The notes under the pieces are model-generated. The model did no database searches. It saw only the letters and a list, made by a program, of their open reading frames with translations, and was not told where the DNA came from. Made by a program: the position numbers and the translations under genes. From an uncultured Chthonomonadaceae bacterium (GTDB lineage: Bacteria > Armatimonadota > Chthonomonadetes > Chthonomonadales > Chthonomonadaceae): 64,000 bases of DNA. Shown piece by piece: positions 51,871 through 61,519 of the stretch. Numbering within the stretch: position 1 is the first letter of the stretch; every line of letters starts with the position of its first letter. The stretch covers positions 1,568,001 through 1,632,000 of the forward strand of contig CAWFQB010000001.1 of assembly GCA_963817895.1 (NCBI GenBank), given 5' to 3'.

Positions 51871-51970
51871 GGTGTATGGTGTTCGGTATTGGGTATTGGG
51901 TGTTCGGTTGATGGTCTTGCCGCGCGAAATGAATTCCGGTAGTTTCGTATTCTCCGAATACCGAATACCG
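51871..51970. repeat. inverted pair of GGTRTTS heptamer arrays
   Basis: 51871-51907 vs CCGAATACCGAATACCG 51954-51970. Confidence 0.75.
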
Positions 51971-53773
51971 TCACTTCCTTGCTTCCAATTCTTCCCAACG
52001 GGCGTATAAAGTGGCGACGCGGGTTTGCGCGGTTTCCAATGCTTTCAGCGCGTCCTGCATTTTGAGGTGGTCAGAAAACACAGTAGAGTCGCTGAGGGCT
52101 TGCTGCCGCGTTTCCACGTCCGTTTCCGCTGCCATGATCGCGGTTTCCATGTTCGCCAGCTCTTTTTGCTCTGCCGTACTCAAGCGGCGCAGGGGAACCG
52201 CGCCCGGTTTCGCGCCGCCAGACGTTTTGGCGTTGTCGGTTTTTGACGCATCCGATTGCCGCCCCTGCATCTGTTCCCATTGCGCGTAATCGGCAAAATA
52301 CGCCGCGCCCCCCCTACCGTCCAACGCCAGCAGTTCCTGCGAAACGTTGTCGAGCATGTAGCGGTCGTGCGTGACCAGTATTAATGCCCCTTTGAACTCT
52401 TCCAGACTGTCTTCCAGCACTTCCAGCGAGGGTATATCCAGATCGTTTGTGGGTTCGTCCAGTATCAGCACGTCGGCGGGTTGAAGCATTAAATTCGCGA
52501 TTAAGATACGCGCCTGTTCGCCGCCCGATAACTGGCTGACCGGCATATCCAACTGCTGCGACTGAAACAGAAACCGCTTTGCCCATGACACTATATGGGT
52601 TTTGCCGCCCTGATACTCCACGTAATCGCTGTTGGGCGAAAGCGCGTTGCGCAGGGACACCGTTTTATCCAACTGCGCCCGGTTCTGATCGAACAAAACG
52701 ATGCGCAGACCGTCCGCCCGCCGAATCGTACCCTCGTCCGGCTGCAAGGTATCGGTCAGCAGGCGCAACAGGGTGGTTTTGCCGGAACCGTTCGCGCCGA
52801 TCAAGCCTAATTTCGTGCCGGGTGAAAGCGTCACGTCCACGCCCGAAAACAACTGCCGTTGCCCCATTGTTTTGGCAATGTTTTTCGCGACAATTAGTTC
52901 GCGGGTTCTGCGCCCCGACGCGGAAAAATCAATGGCGACCGCCTTGTCCTGCGCGTTGCGGTATTTCACTTCCGCAAACTCGCCGATCAGTTGGTTGGCG
53001 GCGTCAATGCGGTACTGGGCTTTAGTGGAACGCGCCTGCGCCCCCCGCCGCAACCATTCGATTTCGCGCTTCACCTTGCCTGCCATCGCGTGCTGCTGCT
53101 GCTGCTGCGCGGCCAGCAGTTCCTCTTTCTCCATTAGAAACTGACTATAATTGCCCCGGATGCTCAGATAGCCTTCGGGGTACGCGCGGTTAAGTTCCAC
53201 GATGCGGTTGGTGATGTTTTCCAGAAAGGTTCGGTCGTGGCTGACGAGGACAAACGCGAATGGCGCGTTTTGCAGCAGGTTTTCCAGCCACAAGACGCCC
53301 TGCAAATCAAGGTGGTTGGTGGGTTCGTCGAGCAACAGCAGATCAGGACGCTGCACCAATGCCCGCGCAATGGCAAGCCGCTTTTTCCAGCCGCCGGACA
53401 GCGCGCCGACAACCTGCGAACCATCGGCAAAGCCCGTCGCCGTCATCACGCGGTTCTTCTCCGCGTCGCGCTCATAGTCTTCCATCGGCTGCTGCTGTAA
53501 CACGGCGTCCAGCACATCGTCAACGGTCAGGTCGGGCGGAAAGCGATCTTCCTGCGCCAGATACACCAGATTCAGATAGCGGCGGCGCGTTATTTCGCCC
53601 CTATCCGGCTTGTCCTCGCCCGCCAGCAGGCGCAGCAGGGTGGACTTGCCGGAACCGTTCGGCCCGATCAAGCCCAGTTTTTCATCGGCTTCGATGCCGA
53701 ACGTAATATCGGAAAACAGCGGTCGAGCGCCGTAACTTTTGGTCAAAGATTGACAGGATACCAGAGGAGCCAT
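51971..53773 (-). CDS. ABC-F family ATPase (Uup-like)
   Basis: Two Walker A motifs (GPNGSGKST, GANGSGKTT), LSGG, LDEPTN twice, coiled-coil C-terminus LYARWEELE. Confidence 0.93.
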   Translation of the reverse strand: MAPLVSCQSLTKSYGARPLFSDITFGIEADEKLGLIGPNGSGKSTLLRLLAGEDKPDRGEITRRRYLNLVYLAQEDRFPPDLTVDDVLDAVLQQQPMEDYERDAEKNRVMTATGFADGSQVVGALSGGWKKRLAIARALVQRPDLLLLDEPTNHLDLQGVLWLENLLQNAPFAFVLVSHDRTFLENITNRIVELNRAYPEGYLSIRGNYSQFLMEKEELLAAQQQQQHAMAGKVKREIEWLRRGAQARSTKAQYRIDAANQLIGEFAEVKYRNAQDKAVAIDFSASGRRTRELIVAKNIAKTMGQRQLFSGVDVTLSPGTKLGLIGANGSGKTTLLRLLTDTLQPDEGTIRRADGLRIVLFDQNRAQLDKTVSLRNALSPNSDYVEYQGGKTHIVSWAKRFLFQSQQLDMPVSQLSGGEQARILIANLMLQPADVLILDEPTNDLDIPSLEVLEDSLEEFKGALILVTHDRYMLDNVSQELLALDGRGGAAYFADYAQWEQMQGRQSDASKTDNAKTSGGAKPGAVPLRRLSTAEQKELANMETAIMAAETDVETRQQALSDSTVFSDHLKMQDALKALETAQTRVATLYARWEELEARK

Positions 53774-54071
53774 AATACTTTTAGTTTACCACACCGTTGC
53801 GGTAGGAGGAGGTACGATGCAGTCTTGTTTTCACCGACGAGCTATTTCTTGCCCTCACAAACTGTATTCTCAAACAATTTAGATCATCCGCATACTTGCG
53901 AACTTTTACCCGTCAGTTCAACGTCAGTAATATTACACTACGAATTCACTAGAATTTCTCTGAGAATACTCTAGTATGTCACATTATTGCGAGGTTGATA
54001 GTGATGACTTACGCGCCTGCTGTTGAGAACATCAGCGACGGGCGCACAGTGGCGGAAAGGAATGAAGCGAG

Positions 54072-54473
54072 ATGCAAAAGACGATTCTGGCGGTGGATGA
54101 TGAGCGCAGCATTGTGCGACTGGTGCAGATCAATCTGGAACGGCACGGCTACCGCGTGGTGACGGCGATGGATGGCCGCGAAGCGCTGGAGAAGATCGCG
54201 CAGGAGGTTCCCGACATGGTGGTGACGGACGTGATGATGCCCCACATAGACGGGTTTGAACTGCTGAAAACGCTGCAAAAGAACCCGGCGACCCGCGACC
54301 TGCCCGTGATTATGCTGACGGCGAAAGCGATGGATGCCGATGTCACGGCGGGCTGGCAGTCGGGCGCGGCCTGCTATTTGACCAAACCGTTCAATCCGAG
54401 CGAACTTGTCGCGTTTGTGAAACGCATTTTTGCTTTTCGGGAGGAGGAAGACGGTACAATACTACAACTGTAG
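54072..54473 (+). CDS. stand-alone response regulator receiver
   Basis: ILAVDDE, TDVMMP, MLTAK, YLTKPF. Confidence 0.93.
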   Translation: MQKTILAVDDERSIVRLVQINLERHGYRVVTAMDGREALEKIAQEVPDMVVTDVMMPHIDGFELLKTLQKNPATRDLPVIMLTAKAMDADVTAGWQSGAACYLTKPFNPSELVAFVKRIFAFREEEDGTILQL

Positions 54474-54577
54474 CAGGTTGTTAGTTGTTAGGTTGTTAGG
54501 TTGTTAGGTATGCGGTTGGCAGAGTTGCGGCGCGCAAGCGTGGCGCTCTTGCATCCTCCTAACAACTAACAACCTGC
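54473..54577. repeat. inverted pair of AG(G)TTGTT arrays
   Basis: 54473-54492 is the perfect 20-bp reverse complement of 54558-54577. Confidence 0.88.
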
Positions 54578-54602
54578 ATTTCCGCAGACACGAGGTTGTA
54601 GA

Positions 54603-55310
54603 TTGACCAGAGACGCGCTGTATACATTGGAAGAACTGGCGCACACCGCCCACATCACGCCCCGCGCCGTGCGTTACTATGCGGCCAAAGGATTGTTGCC
54701 CGCGCCACAGTCCCGAGGCCGCTACGCGCTTTACGGAAGCGCCCACCTCAACCGCCTGCGCCTGATCGGGCAAATGAAGCAGGCGCTGCTTCCCATTGCC
54801 GCCATGCGGGATCGCATGTTATCCCTCACGGACGCGCAGGTAGCCGCCCTGCTGACGCGCAGCGAATGGCCGGAACGCAATTCCCACTCGCAAGCGGGCA
54901 ACGCGCTGACCGATGTTCCCCCGGATACGGTTGGCGCGACGCTCGAAGAGCAGGCGGAAGCGTACCAGTACATTCTGGATGCCCTGACCGCCCGCCCCAA
55001 CGGAGAAGCGCTTCTTGCCGAAAACGCGCAGGCTGTCCCCCCCTCGCGCCGCGCCCTGTTTCCGCGTCCTTCCGTTGCAGAAGAAGAGGAGAAGAGGAGA
55101 CAGGGAGAAAAGGAGATACAAGATACAAGATACAAGATACGAGAAGGAGAGCAATCGTCAATCGCCAATCGTCAATCGTCAATCGAAATCTGGCAGCGTA
55201 TTCTGCTTGCGCCGGGGGTGGAACTGCATGTGCGCGACGATAAAAATACGCAAAACCGGCAGAAATTGGAACGGCTGATTGCCGAAGCGAAATCTTTGTT
55301 CGAGTCGTGA
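54603..55310 (+). CDS. MerR-type HTH regulator with repeat-derived internal peptide
   Basis: YTLEELA..ITPRAVRYYAAKGLLP..RLRLI; C-term WQRILLAPGVELHV; 55084-55185 holds three repeat arrays. Confidence 0.8.
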   Translation: MTRDALYTLEELAHTAHITPRAVRYYAAKGLLPAPQSRGRYALYGSAHLNRLRLIGQMKQALLPIAAMRDRMLSLTDAQVAALLTRSEWPERNSHSQAGNALTDVPPDTVGATLEEQAEAYQYILDALTARPNGEALLAENAQAVPPSRRALFPRPSVAEEEEKRRQGEKEIQDTRYKIREGEQSSIANRQSSIEIWQRILLAPGVELHVRDDKNTQNRQKLERLIAEAKSLFES

Positions 55311-55378
55311 GGCCGTCTTTAAGGTTGTGTTATACTACTAGAAGGCAGATGCCAACTAGAGACAGGAGGGGCAAAGCA

Positions 55379-55681
55379 ATGGCAGCGTTGACACAGCAAG
55401 AGCGTACAGTCACAACGGAGGAGCTAACAGAATTGCAAGAGAGCGTAGATGCCTTGGAAGCGCGCGTAACCGTTCTGGAAGCCGAAGCCGCCCGCCTGAA
55501 AGCGCAACAAGTAACAGCAACACCGGAGGACGCTGCTCCGTGGTGGAAAAAGATATGGGGAACGTTTAAGGATGATCCCGATTACGAAGAGGCAATGCGT
55601 TTAGGGCGCGAGTACCGAGAGTCGTTGCGCCCCGCAGACGATGAGGCAGTACTAACAAGCAATGAGGAAGTTGCCGCGTAA
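55379..55681 (+). CDS. putative VapB-like antitoxin
   Basis: PWWKKIWGTFKDDPDYEEAMRLGREYR; overlaps the PIN gene. Confidence 0.75.
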   Translation: MAALTQQERTVTTEELTELQESVDALEARVTVLEAEAARLKAQQVTATPEDAAPWWKKIWGTFKDDPDYEEAMRLGREYRESLRPADDEAVLTSNEEVAA

Positions 55682-56103
55682 TGTTTATTCTTGACACAGA
55701 CCACCTCAGCATTGCTGACCAAGACACCGTAGAAGGTTTCAACCTCGGGAGGCGGTTGGCGCTTGTACAGTCCGCAGACATTTTCGTCAGTGTCATCACC
55801 TATGAGGAACAGATGCGTGGATGGCTCACCTACATTGCCCGCGCAAATACTGTTGAGCAGCAGGTGCGCGCCTATGCCAACCTGCGGCTGTTTATTGATC
55901 GTTATCAGCAGATTTCTTTGTTGAACTATGACGATCAGGCTGCGGCCCACTTTGAACGATTGCGACAAATGCGCGTTCGTATCGGCACGATGGACTTGAA
56001 GATTGCGGCTATCGCGCTTGCCAATGATGCCACCGTGTTGACGCGCAACCTGAGCGACTTTGAAAAAGTACGCGGATTGCGCGTCGAGGATTGGTCGGTA
56101 TAA
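55681..56103 (+). CDS. vapC: VapC PIN-domain toxin
   Basis: ILDTDHLS, ITYEEQ, GTMDLKIAAIALA, TRNLSDF..VEDW. Confidence 0.92.
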   Translation: MFILDTDHLSIADQDTVEGFNLGRRLALVQSADIFVSVITYEEQMRGWLTYIARANTVEQQVRAYANLRLFIDRYQQISLLNYDDQAAAHFERLRQMRVRIGTMDLKIAAIALANDATVLTRNLSDFEKVRGLRVEDWSV

Positions 56104-56158
56104 TGCCTGTGTACTTCAACAGAACTGTTTATTCGTCCGTGTAACTTCGTGAATTCTG

Positions 56159-57286
56159 CTATGCCTGTTTTAGCGCGTGGGGATTGAGGGCTTGCAGTTC
56201 GGGCAGGGTGAACAGGCCGTCCTTGCGAATTAGAACGTCGTCGAAGTAGATTTCACCGCCGCCGTATTCGGGACGCTGGATGCACACCATGTCCCAATGC
56301 ACCTGCGATTTGTTGCCGTTATCGGCCTCCTCATACGCCTGTCCGGGCGTTAAATGGAAACTGCCCGCGATCTTCTCGTCGAACAGAATGTCCTTCATGG
56401 GTTTGAGAATATACGGGTTGAAGGCCAGCGACCATTCGCCGATGTAACGCGCGCCCTCGTCCGCGTCCAGAATCTCGTTGAGTTTGTCCCCGTCGCTTTC
56501 CGCGCTTGCTTCCACGATTTTGCCGTCCTTGAACACCAGCCGGATGTTGTTGAACGTCGTGCCGCGATACAGGGTTTCGCAGTTGTACTGAATCACGCCA
56601 TTTACCGAGTCTCGAATAGGGCAGGTGAAAATTTCCCCGTCCGGCACATTGGCTTCACCGGCGCAGGGAACGGTTGCAATCCCCTTTTTGCTGAAAGTCA
56701 GGTCGGTTCCCGCGCCCAGAATGTGAACCCGGTCGGTTTTATCCATCAGCGCGTGTAAGGGCTTCATCGCTTCCGCCATCTGTCCGTAATCCACGCCCGC
56801 GCACACCTGAAAATAAAAGTCTTCAAAGGCTTCCGTAGGCAGATTGGCGGCCTGCGCCATGCTCGGATTGGGCCAGCGCAGCACTACCCATCGTGTTTTG
56901 GGAACGCGCACTTCGCCATGCACGTACCGCCACCAATGCTCTTCGTACAGGCTCATGCGCTCTTTCGGCACATCGGCCAGTTCGTTGATATTGTGGCTGC
57001 CGCGCACACCGATATAACACTGCACGGATTCCATCTGTAGCCGCTCAATCGCGCCGATGGTTCGCATCTGCGCCTCAGTCGCCACCGAATACAGAGCGCG
57101 TCGAATCGCCATTTCGTTCGTGCTGACAATCGGCAGCCCGCCCGCCGCGTCCACAATTCGAATTAGTTCCACAACAAAATCGGTAGGAATATCGAACGTC
57201 TCGATAAACACCTTGTCCCCCGGCGTCACTTTAATCGAATGGCGTACCAACAGCGTCGCTAACTGCGTATAGCGTGGGTCTTTCAT
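56159..57286 (-). CDS. aminopeptidase, peptidase M29 (AmpS/AmpT)
   Basis: NVPDGEIFTCP, ARYIGEW, DILFDEKIAGSFHLTPGQAY, SQVHWDMV. Confidence 0.94.
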   Translation of the reverse strand: MKDPRYTQLATLLVRHSIKVTPGDKVFIETFDIPTDFVVELIRIVDAAGGLPIVSTNEMAIRRALYSVATEAQMRTIGAIERLQMESVQCYIGVRGSHNINELADVPKERMSLYEEHWWRYVHGEVRVPKTRWVVLRWPNPSMAQAANLPTEAFEDFYFQVCAGVDYGQMAEAMKPLHALMDKTDRVHILGAGTDLTFSKKGIATVPCAGEANVPDGEIFTCPIRDSVNGVIQYNCETLYRGTTFNNIRLVFKDGKIVEASAESDGDKLNEILDADEGARYIGEWSLAFNPYILKPMKDILFDEKIAGSFHLTPGQAYEEADNGNKSQVHWDMVCIQRPEYGGGEIYFDDVLIRKDGLFTLPELQALNPHALKQA

Positions 57287-57303
57287 TAAAATCTCCTTGT
57301 AGG

Positions 57304-57416
57304 TAGGGTTTTAGGGTTTTAGGTTTCTATGGTTCTATGGTTTCAGGTGTTCGGCTTGTATCTCGTATCTCGTATCTTGTATCTCCTATCTTCTTACCCC
57401 TTACCCCTTTCACCTT
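57304..57416. repeat. composite array (AGGGTTTT, TCGTATC and CTTACCC units)
   Basis: Direct reading, in a divergent intergenic region. Confidence 0.7.
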
Positions 57417-57553
57417 ATAAAGGGTAAAATCCTGTATGAAGACGCGAGAAGCGCGACGGCAAACAAAGCGGTTTACCCGGACGTATGGAGTTTCAGAGAG
57501 AACCTGCGGCGTTTCTGAACGTCTGCATAGTAACGAGAAGTTACGAAGGAGTT

Positions 57554-57799
57554 ATGAGCGTGGCGACAATAACATGCGTGAAGTGCGGCGCGGAAGCCGC
57601 AGCAATGCCGGAACCGCCCGTCGGCGGGCAGTTGGGACAGACGATTCAGAGTAAAGTCTGCCCGACATGCTATAATGAATGGGCAAATCAAGCCGTGCTG
57701 TACATCAACCATTACGGCCTGCAAATGGCTGACCCGGATGACCGCAAGAAACTCAATCAGGCCATGAAAGAATATCTCAATCTGGAACCGGCCCGCTAA
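57554..57799 (+). CDS. YggX-like Fe(II)-trafficking / oxidative damage protection protein
   Basis: ITCVKCG...PPVGGQLGQTIQSKVCPTCYNEW...LYINHYGL. Confidence 0.8.
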   Translation: MSVATITCVKCGAEAAAMPEPPVGGQLGQTIQSKVCPTCYNEWANQAVLYINHYGLQMADPDDRKKLNQAMKEYLNLEPAR

Positions 57800-57804
57800 T
57801 CGCA

Positions 57805-57867
57805 AAGGATGAAGGATGAAGGATGAAGGATGAAGTTTTTCCTTCTGTCTTCTGTCTTTTGTCTTCT
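57805..57867. repeat. AAGGATG and CTTCTGT heptamer arrays
   Basis: 57805-57835 and 57842-57867. Confidence 0.82.
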
Positions 57868-57894
57868 CTTTTCCTCTGCTGGAGACAACGGCCT

Positions 57895-58827
57895 ATGACG
57901 CAGCCGCCCCTCGCGTCGCAACAACCGCAACTGCAAGACCGTTTTCGTGGCGTCCTGCTCGGCTCGGCAGTGGGGGACGCGCTCGGCGCGCCGCTGGAGT
58001 TTCAGCCCGCCCGCGATCCGAACCATTACGTCACCGATATGATCGGTGGCGGATGGCTGCGCCTTGCCCCCGGCGAATGGACGGACGACACGCAAATGAC
58101 GCTGTGCGCGGTAGACAGCCTGCTGGAAAAGCGCGTGTTCGATCCCGACGATATTGCGCGGCGTTTTGTCGCGTGGCTGCAATCCAGCCCGCCGGATGTG
58201 GGCAACCATACGCGAACAGTTTTGAACGCCATTGCGCGTGGCGTGGGATGGGAAGAGGCCAGTACAAAGGCGCAGGCCGCCAATCCCGATAACGCGCCCA
58301 ACGGTTCCCTCATGCGCTGTTCGCCCCTCGCGCTGTTCTTTTATCGCCACCCTGATTACGTCGCCACGCTGTCGCCCGTGTTTTCGCGCATTACGCATGC
58401 CCACGCGGATTGCGAACAGAGTTGCGTGTTTCTCAACGTCGCCATTGCCCTGCTGCTCATGGGCGCGGATAAACAGGCGGCGATAGCGGGCGCGGAACAG
58501 GCCACTGCGGGGGTGTCGGAGGAATTAAAAGCGCGAATTCGCCGCGCGCAGGAAACCCGCAACGACACCTCTCCCACCGGCTACGTTTTAGACACGCTGG
58601 AAGTGGCAATATGGGCGTTTCTGCACACGGCCACGCTGGAAGCCGCGCTGATTGCCGTCATCAACCGGGGCGCGGATGCAGATACGGTCGGGGCGGTTAC
58701 AGGCGCATTAGCAGGCGCTTATTACGGCTATTCCTGCATCCCCGCCCGCTGGCTGAATGCGCTCCACGAATGCGACGCGCTTCTCGCCCGCGCCGATGGC
58801 CTGCTGCTGATTGCGCAAGGGGCGTAG
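57895..58827 (+). CDS. ADP-ribosylglycohydrolase (DraG/ARH family)
   Basis: AVGDALGAPLEF, EWTDDTQM, NGSLMR, GADADTVGAVTGALAGAYYG. Confidence 0.95.
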   Translation: MTQPPLASQQPQLQDRFRGVLLGSAVGDALGAPLEFQPARDPNHYVTDMIGGGWLRLAPGEWTDDTQMTLCAVDSLLEKRVFDPDDIARRFVAWLQSSPPDVGNHTRTVLNAIARGVGWEEASTKAQAANPDNAPNGSLMRCSPLALFFYRHPDYVATLSPVFSRITHAHADCEQSCVFLNVAIALLLMGADKQAAIAGAEQATAGVSEELKARIRRAQETRNDTSPTGYVLDTLEVAIWAFLHTATLEAALIAVINRGADADTVGAVTGALAGAYYGYSCIPARWLNALHECDALLARADGLLLIAQGA

Positions 58828-58835
58828 GTAAGGAT

Positions 58836-58909
58836 AGGTTGTTAGTTGTTAGATTGAGCAGGACAGTATTATAAACTTTGTATCGTAACAACCTAGCAAC
58901 TAACAACCT
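58836..58909. repeat. inverted pair of AG(G)TTGTT arrays
   Basis: 58836-58852 vs 58886-58909. Confidence 0.78.
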
Positions 58910-58930
58910 TCCTCTCGAAAGGATTTCACG

Positions 58931-59746
58931 GTGACAAACACGGAATGGCGGCGCGCGATTGTGGTGGGCGCGTCGTCGGGAATAGGCGAATCGCTGGCGC
59001 GGCAACTGGCGGCGCAGGGCTGTCAGGTTGCGCTGGTGGCGCGGCGCGAATCGGAATTAGCGCGGATTGTTGAAGACATTAACGGGAGAACTCGGCAGGT
59101 AGTTGCGCCAGTTCCGCAAGAATCTGCCCGAATACCCAACACCGAACACCCAACACCAACATTAGCGCGGGCGTATGTCCATGATGTGCGCGAGTATGAG
59201 TGCGTTCCCGCGCTGTTTCAGCAGATTACGCATGATATGGGCGGACTGGACCTGATTATTTATGCGGCGGGCGTGATGCCGCTGATTGAGGACAACGAGT
59301 ACGCCTTTGATAAAGACAGGCTGGCTATCGAGATCAATGTTCTGGGCGCGATTGCGTGGCTGAACGAGGCGGCGCAGCGATTCGAGCGGGCGCAGGCGGG
59401 AACCATTGTCGGCATCTCTTCGGTTGCGGGCGACCGGGGGCGCAAGGGCTATCCGGCTTATGGCGCGTCCAAGACCGCGCTCAACACCTATCTGGAAGCC
59501 CTGCGCAACCGTATCGGCAGATACGGCGTTAAAGTCGTCACCATCAAACCCGGCCCCGTAGATACGCCGATGACCAAAGACGTGACCAAAAAGCCGCTGT
59601 TGATTTCCGCAGACGAGGCCGCTAAAGCAATTCTTACCGCCGCCCGCGCCGGGAAACATACCGCCTACGTTCCGTGGAAGTGGCAGCCGATTATGCTGAT
59701 TATTCGCAACATCCCGTCCGCCATTTTCAAAAAGTTAAATTTTTAG
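58931..59746 (+). CDS. SDR oxidoreductase, DprE2-like
   Basis: GASSGIG, SSVAGDRGR, YGASK, TIKPGPVDTPMT; repeat-derived insert RIPNTEHPTP. Confidence 0.85.
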   Translation: MTNTEWRRAIVVGASSGIGESLARQLAAQGCQVALVARRESELARIVEDINGRTRQVVAPVPQESARIPNTEHPTPTLARAYVHDVREYECVPALFQQITHDMGGLDLIIYAAGVMPLIEDNEYAFDKDRLAIEINVLGAIAWLNEAAQRFERAQAGTIVGISSVAGDRGRKGYPAYGASKTALNTYLEALRNRIGRYGVKVVTIKPGPVDTPMTKDVTKKPLLISADEAAKAILTAARAGKHTAYVPWKWQPIMLIIRNIPSAIFKKLNF

Positions 59747-59893
59747 GAGTGTTTAGCCGCAAATGAACGCGAATACACGCGAATGTCGTTCAAGTACATT
59801 GTCGCGGTAACATGAAGGCAACTCTTGCGTTGATGAGACGATTGGCCGAAGGCCTGATAACCGGCTTTTTATAAGCCGGATGCGCGTACCATT

Positions 59894-61411
59894 ATGGAAC
59901 TGTCCACACTACAAACGACTCTGCCCCCCAACCCTTATACAGAGATAAACACCGCTTCTTGCGTCCACACGTCCGAAACATTGCGCCCGCCCATGCCGCT
60001 GGAACGTCTGGAGCGCGTGGAAACGTGGGGCATGAATGAGGCCGTTCTTTCCTACGTGTATCGCCCGACTACCATTCAGGGAATTCGGGAGGCGTTTGAG
60101 ACGGCGCGGGCGCATGGCCTGAAAGTGGGACTGCGCGGCGCGGGACGGAGTTACGGCGATGCGTCGCTGTCCGGCGAAAATGTCTGCCTCGACCTGACGC
60201 GCATGAACCGAATTTTGGACTGGAATCCGCAAACCGGCGTTCTCGTTATCGAACCGGGCGTGACCCTGCGCCAATTGTGGCAGTATGTGGTTGGCGATGG
60301 CTGGTGGCCGCCCGTCGTGTCGGGAACCATGACCGTGACGATGGGCGGCGCGTTGGGCATGAACTTTCACGGCAAGAACAACTTCAAAATGGGGCCGATA
60401 GGCGACCATGTTCTGGAATTCAACCTGCTGCTGCCGACCGGCGAGTTGGCGACGTGCAGCCGCGAACAGAATGCCGACCTGTTTTATGCCGCTATCGGCA
60501 GTTTCGGCATGTTGGGCTGCTTTACGCGCATCGTCCTGCAAATGAAAAAGGTGGAATCCGGCCTGCTGTCCGTGTATGCGTTTTCCGTTCGTAATTTTGC
60601 CGATATTATCCGCGAGTTCGAGGCCCGCATGGACAAAGCCGATTATCTTGTGGGCTGGATAGACTGCTTTGCCAAAGGCGATCAAATGGGCAGGGGGCAG
60701 GTACACGAGGCGTTTTACCTGCACGGGGAGGACGATCCTAACCCCGCCCAAACCCTGCGCGTGGAGAATCAGGAGTTACCAGACACGCTGTTCGGCTTGA
60801 TTCCAAAGTCCATTATGTGGCGATTGATGAAGCCATTCAGCTGCGATTGGGGCATGCGACTGCTGAATTGGGCCAAATATACCGCCAGCAGCACAATCGG
60901 CAACCGCAAGTGGGCGCGGCAATCCCATGCCGGTTTCGCGTTTCTGCTGGACTACGTTCCCAACTGGAAATGGGTGTACAAGCCAGGGGGATTGATACAG
61001 TACCAGAGTTTCGTTCCCGCCGCCCATGCCGAAAAATGCTTCACCGCGCAAATAAAATTGTGTCAGCGCATGGGCATTGTTCCCTATCTCGGCGTGTTCA
61101 AGCGGCATCGGCGGGACGATTTTCTCATGTCCCACGCGGTAGACGGTTACTCCTTCGCCCTCGACTTCCCCGTCACCAAACATAATCGCAAACGGCTGTG
61201 GGCGCTTACCGCCAAACTGAACGAGTTGGTACTGGCCTCCGGCGGGCGTTTCTATTTCGCCAAAGACAGCACGCTGGACAACGCCAGCGCGGCAACGTAC
61301 CTCGGCGGGGATGTGCTGCGCCAGTTCGCCGCCCTGAAACGCGAGTGCGACCCCGAGAACCTGCTGCAAACGGAATTGTCGAAAAGGTTGTTCGGAGACT
61401 TTGGCGCGTAA
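59894..61411 (+). CDS. FAD-binding oxidoreductase, DprE1-like
   Basis: RGAGRSYGDAS, PVVSGT..TMGG..HGKN, IQYQSFVP, GYSFALDF, GGRFYFAKDS. Confidence 0.88.
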   Translation: MELSTLQTTLPPNPYTEINTASCVHTSETLRPPMPLERLERVETWGMNEAVLSYVYRPTTIQGIREAFETARAHGLKVGLRGAGRSYGDASLSGENVCLDLTRMNRILDWNPQTGVLVIEPGVTLRQLWQYVVGDGWWPPVVSGTMTVTMGGALGMNFHGKNNFKMGPIGDHVLEFNLLLPTGELATCSREQNADLFYAAIGSFGMLGCFTRIVLQMKKVESGLLSVYAFSVRNFADIIREFEARMDKADYLVGWIDCFAKGDQMGRGQVHEAFYLHGEDDPNPAQTLRVENQELPDTLFGLIPKSIMWRLMKPFSCDWGMRLLNWAKYTASSTIGNRKWARQSHAGFAFLLDYVPNWKWVYKPGGLIQYQSFVPAAHAEKCFTAQIKLCQRMGIVPYLGVFKRHRRDDFLMSHAVDGYSFALDFPVTKHNRKRLWALTAKLNELVLASGGRFYFAKDSTLDNASAATYLGGDVLRQFAALKRECDPENLLQTELSKRLFGDFGA

Positions 61412-61519
61412 TTTGTTCATGCAAACGCCTCGGTTTTGTCACGCTGTTGTCACACAGAATGATATATCCTACAGCCATGAACCCCTGCGAAGACTGCAAA
61501 CGTCTTCTCAACATAGGGT

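Noticed and set aside
53948..53975. Imperfect dyad in the AT-rich region between the ABC-F and response regulator genes
   Set aside because: It has mismatches and a gap, occurs once, and is too weak to call an operator.
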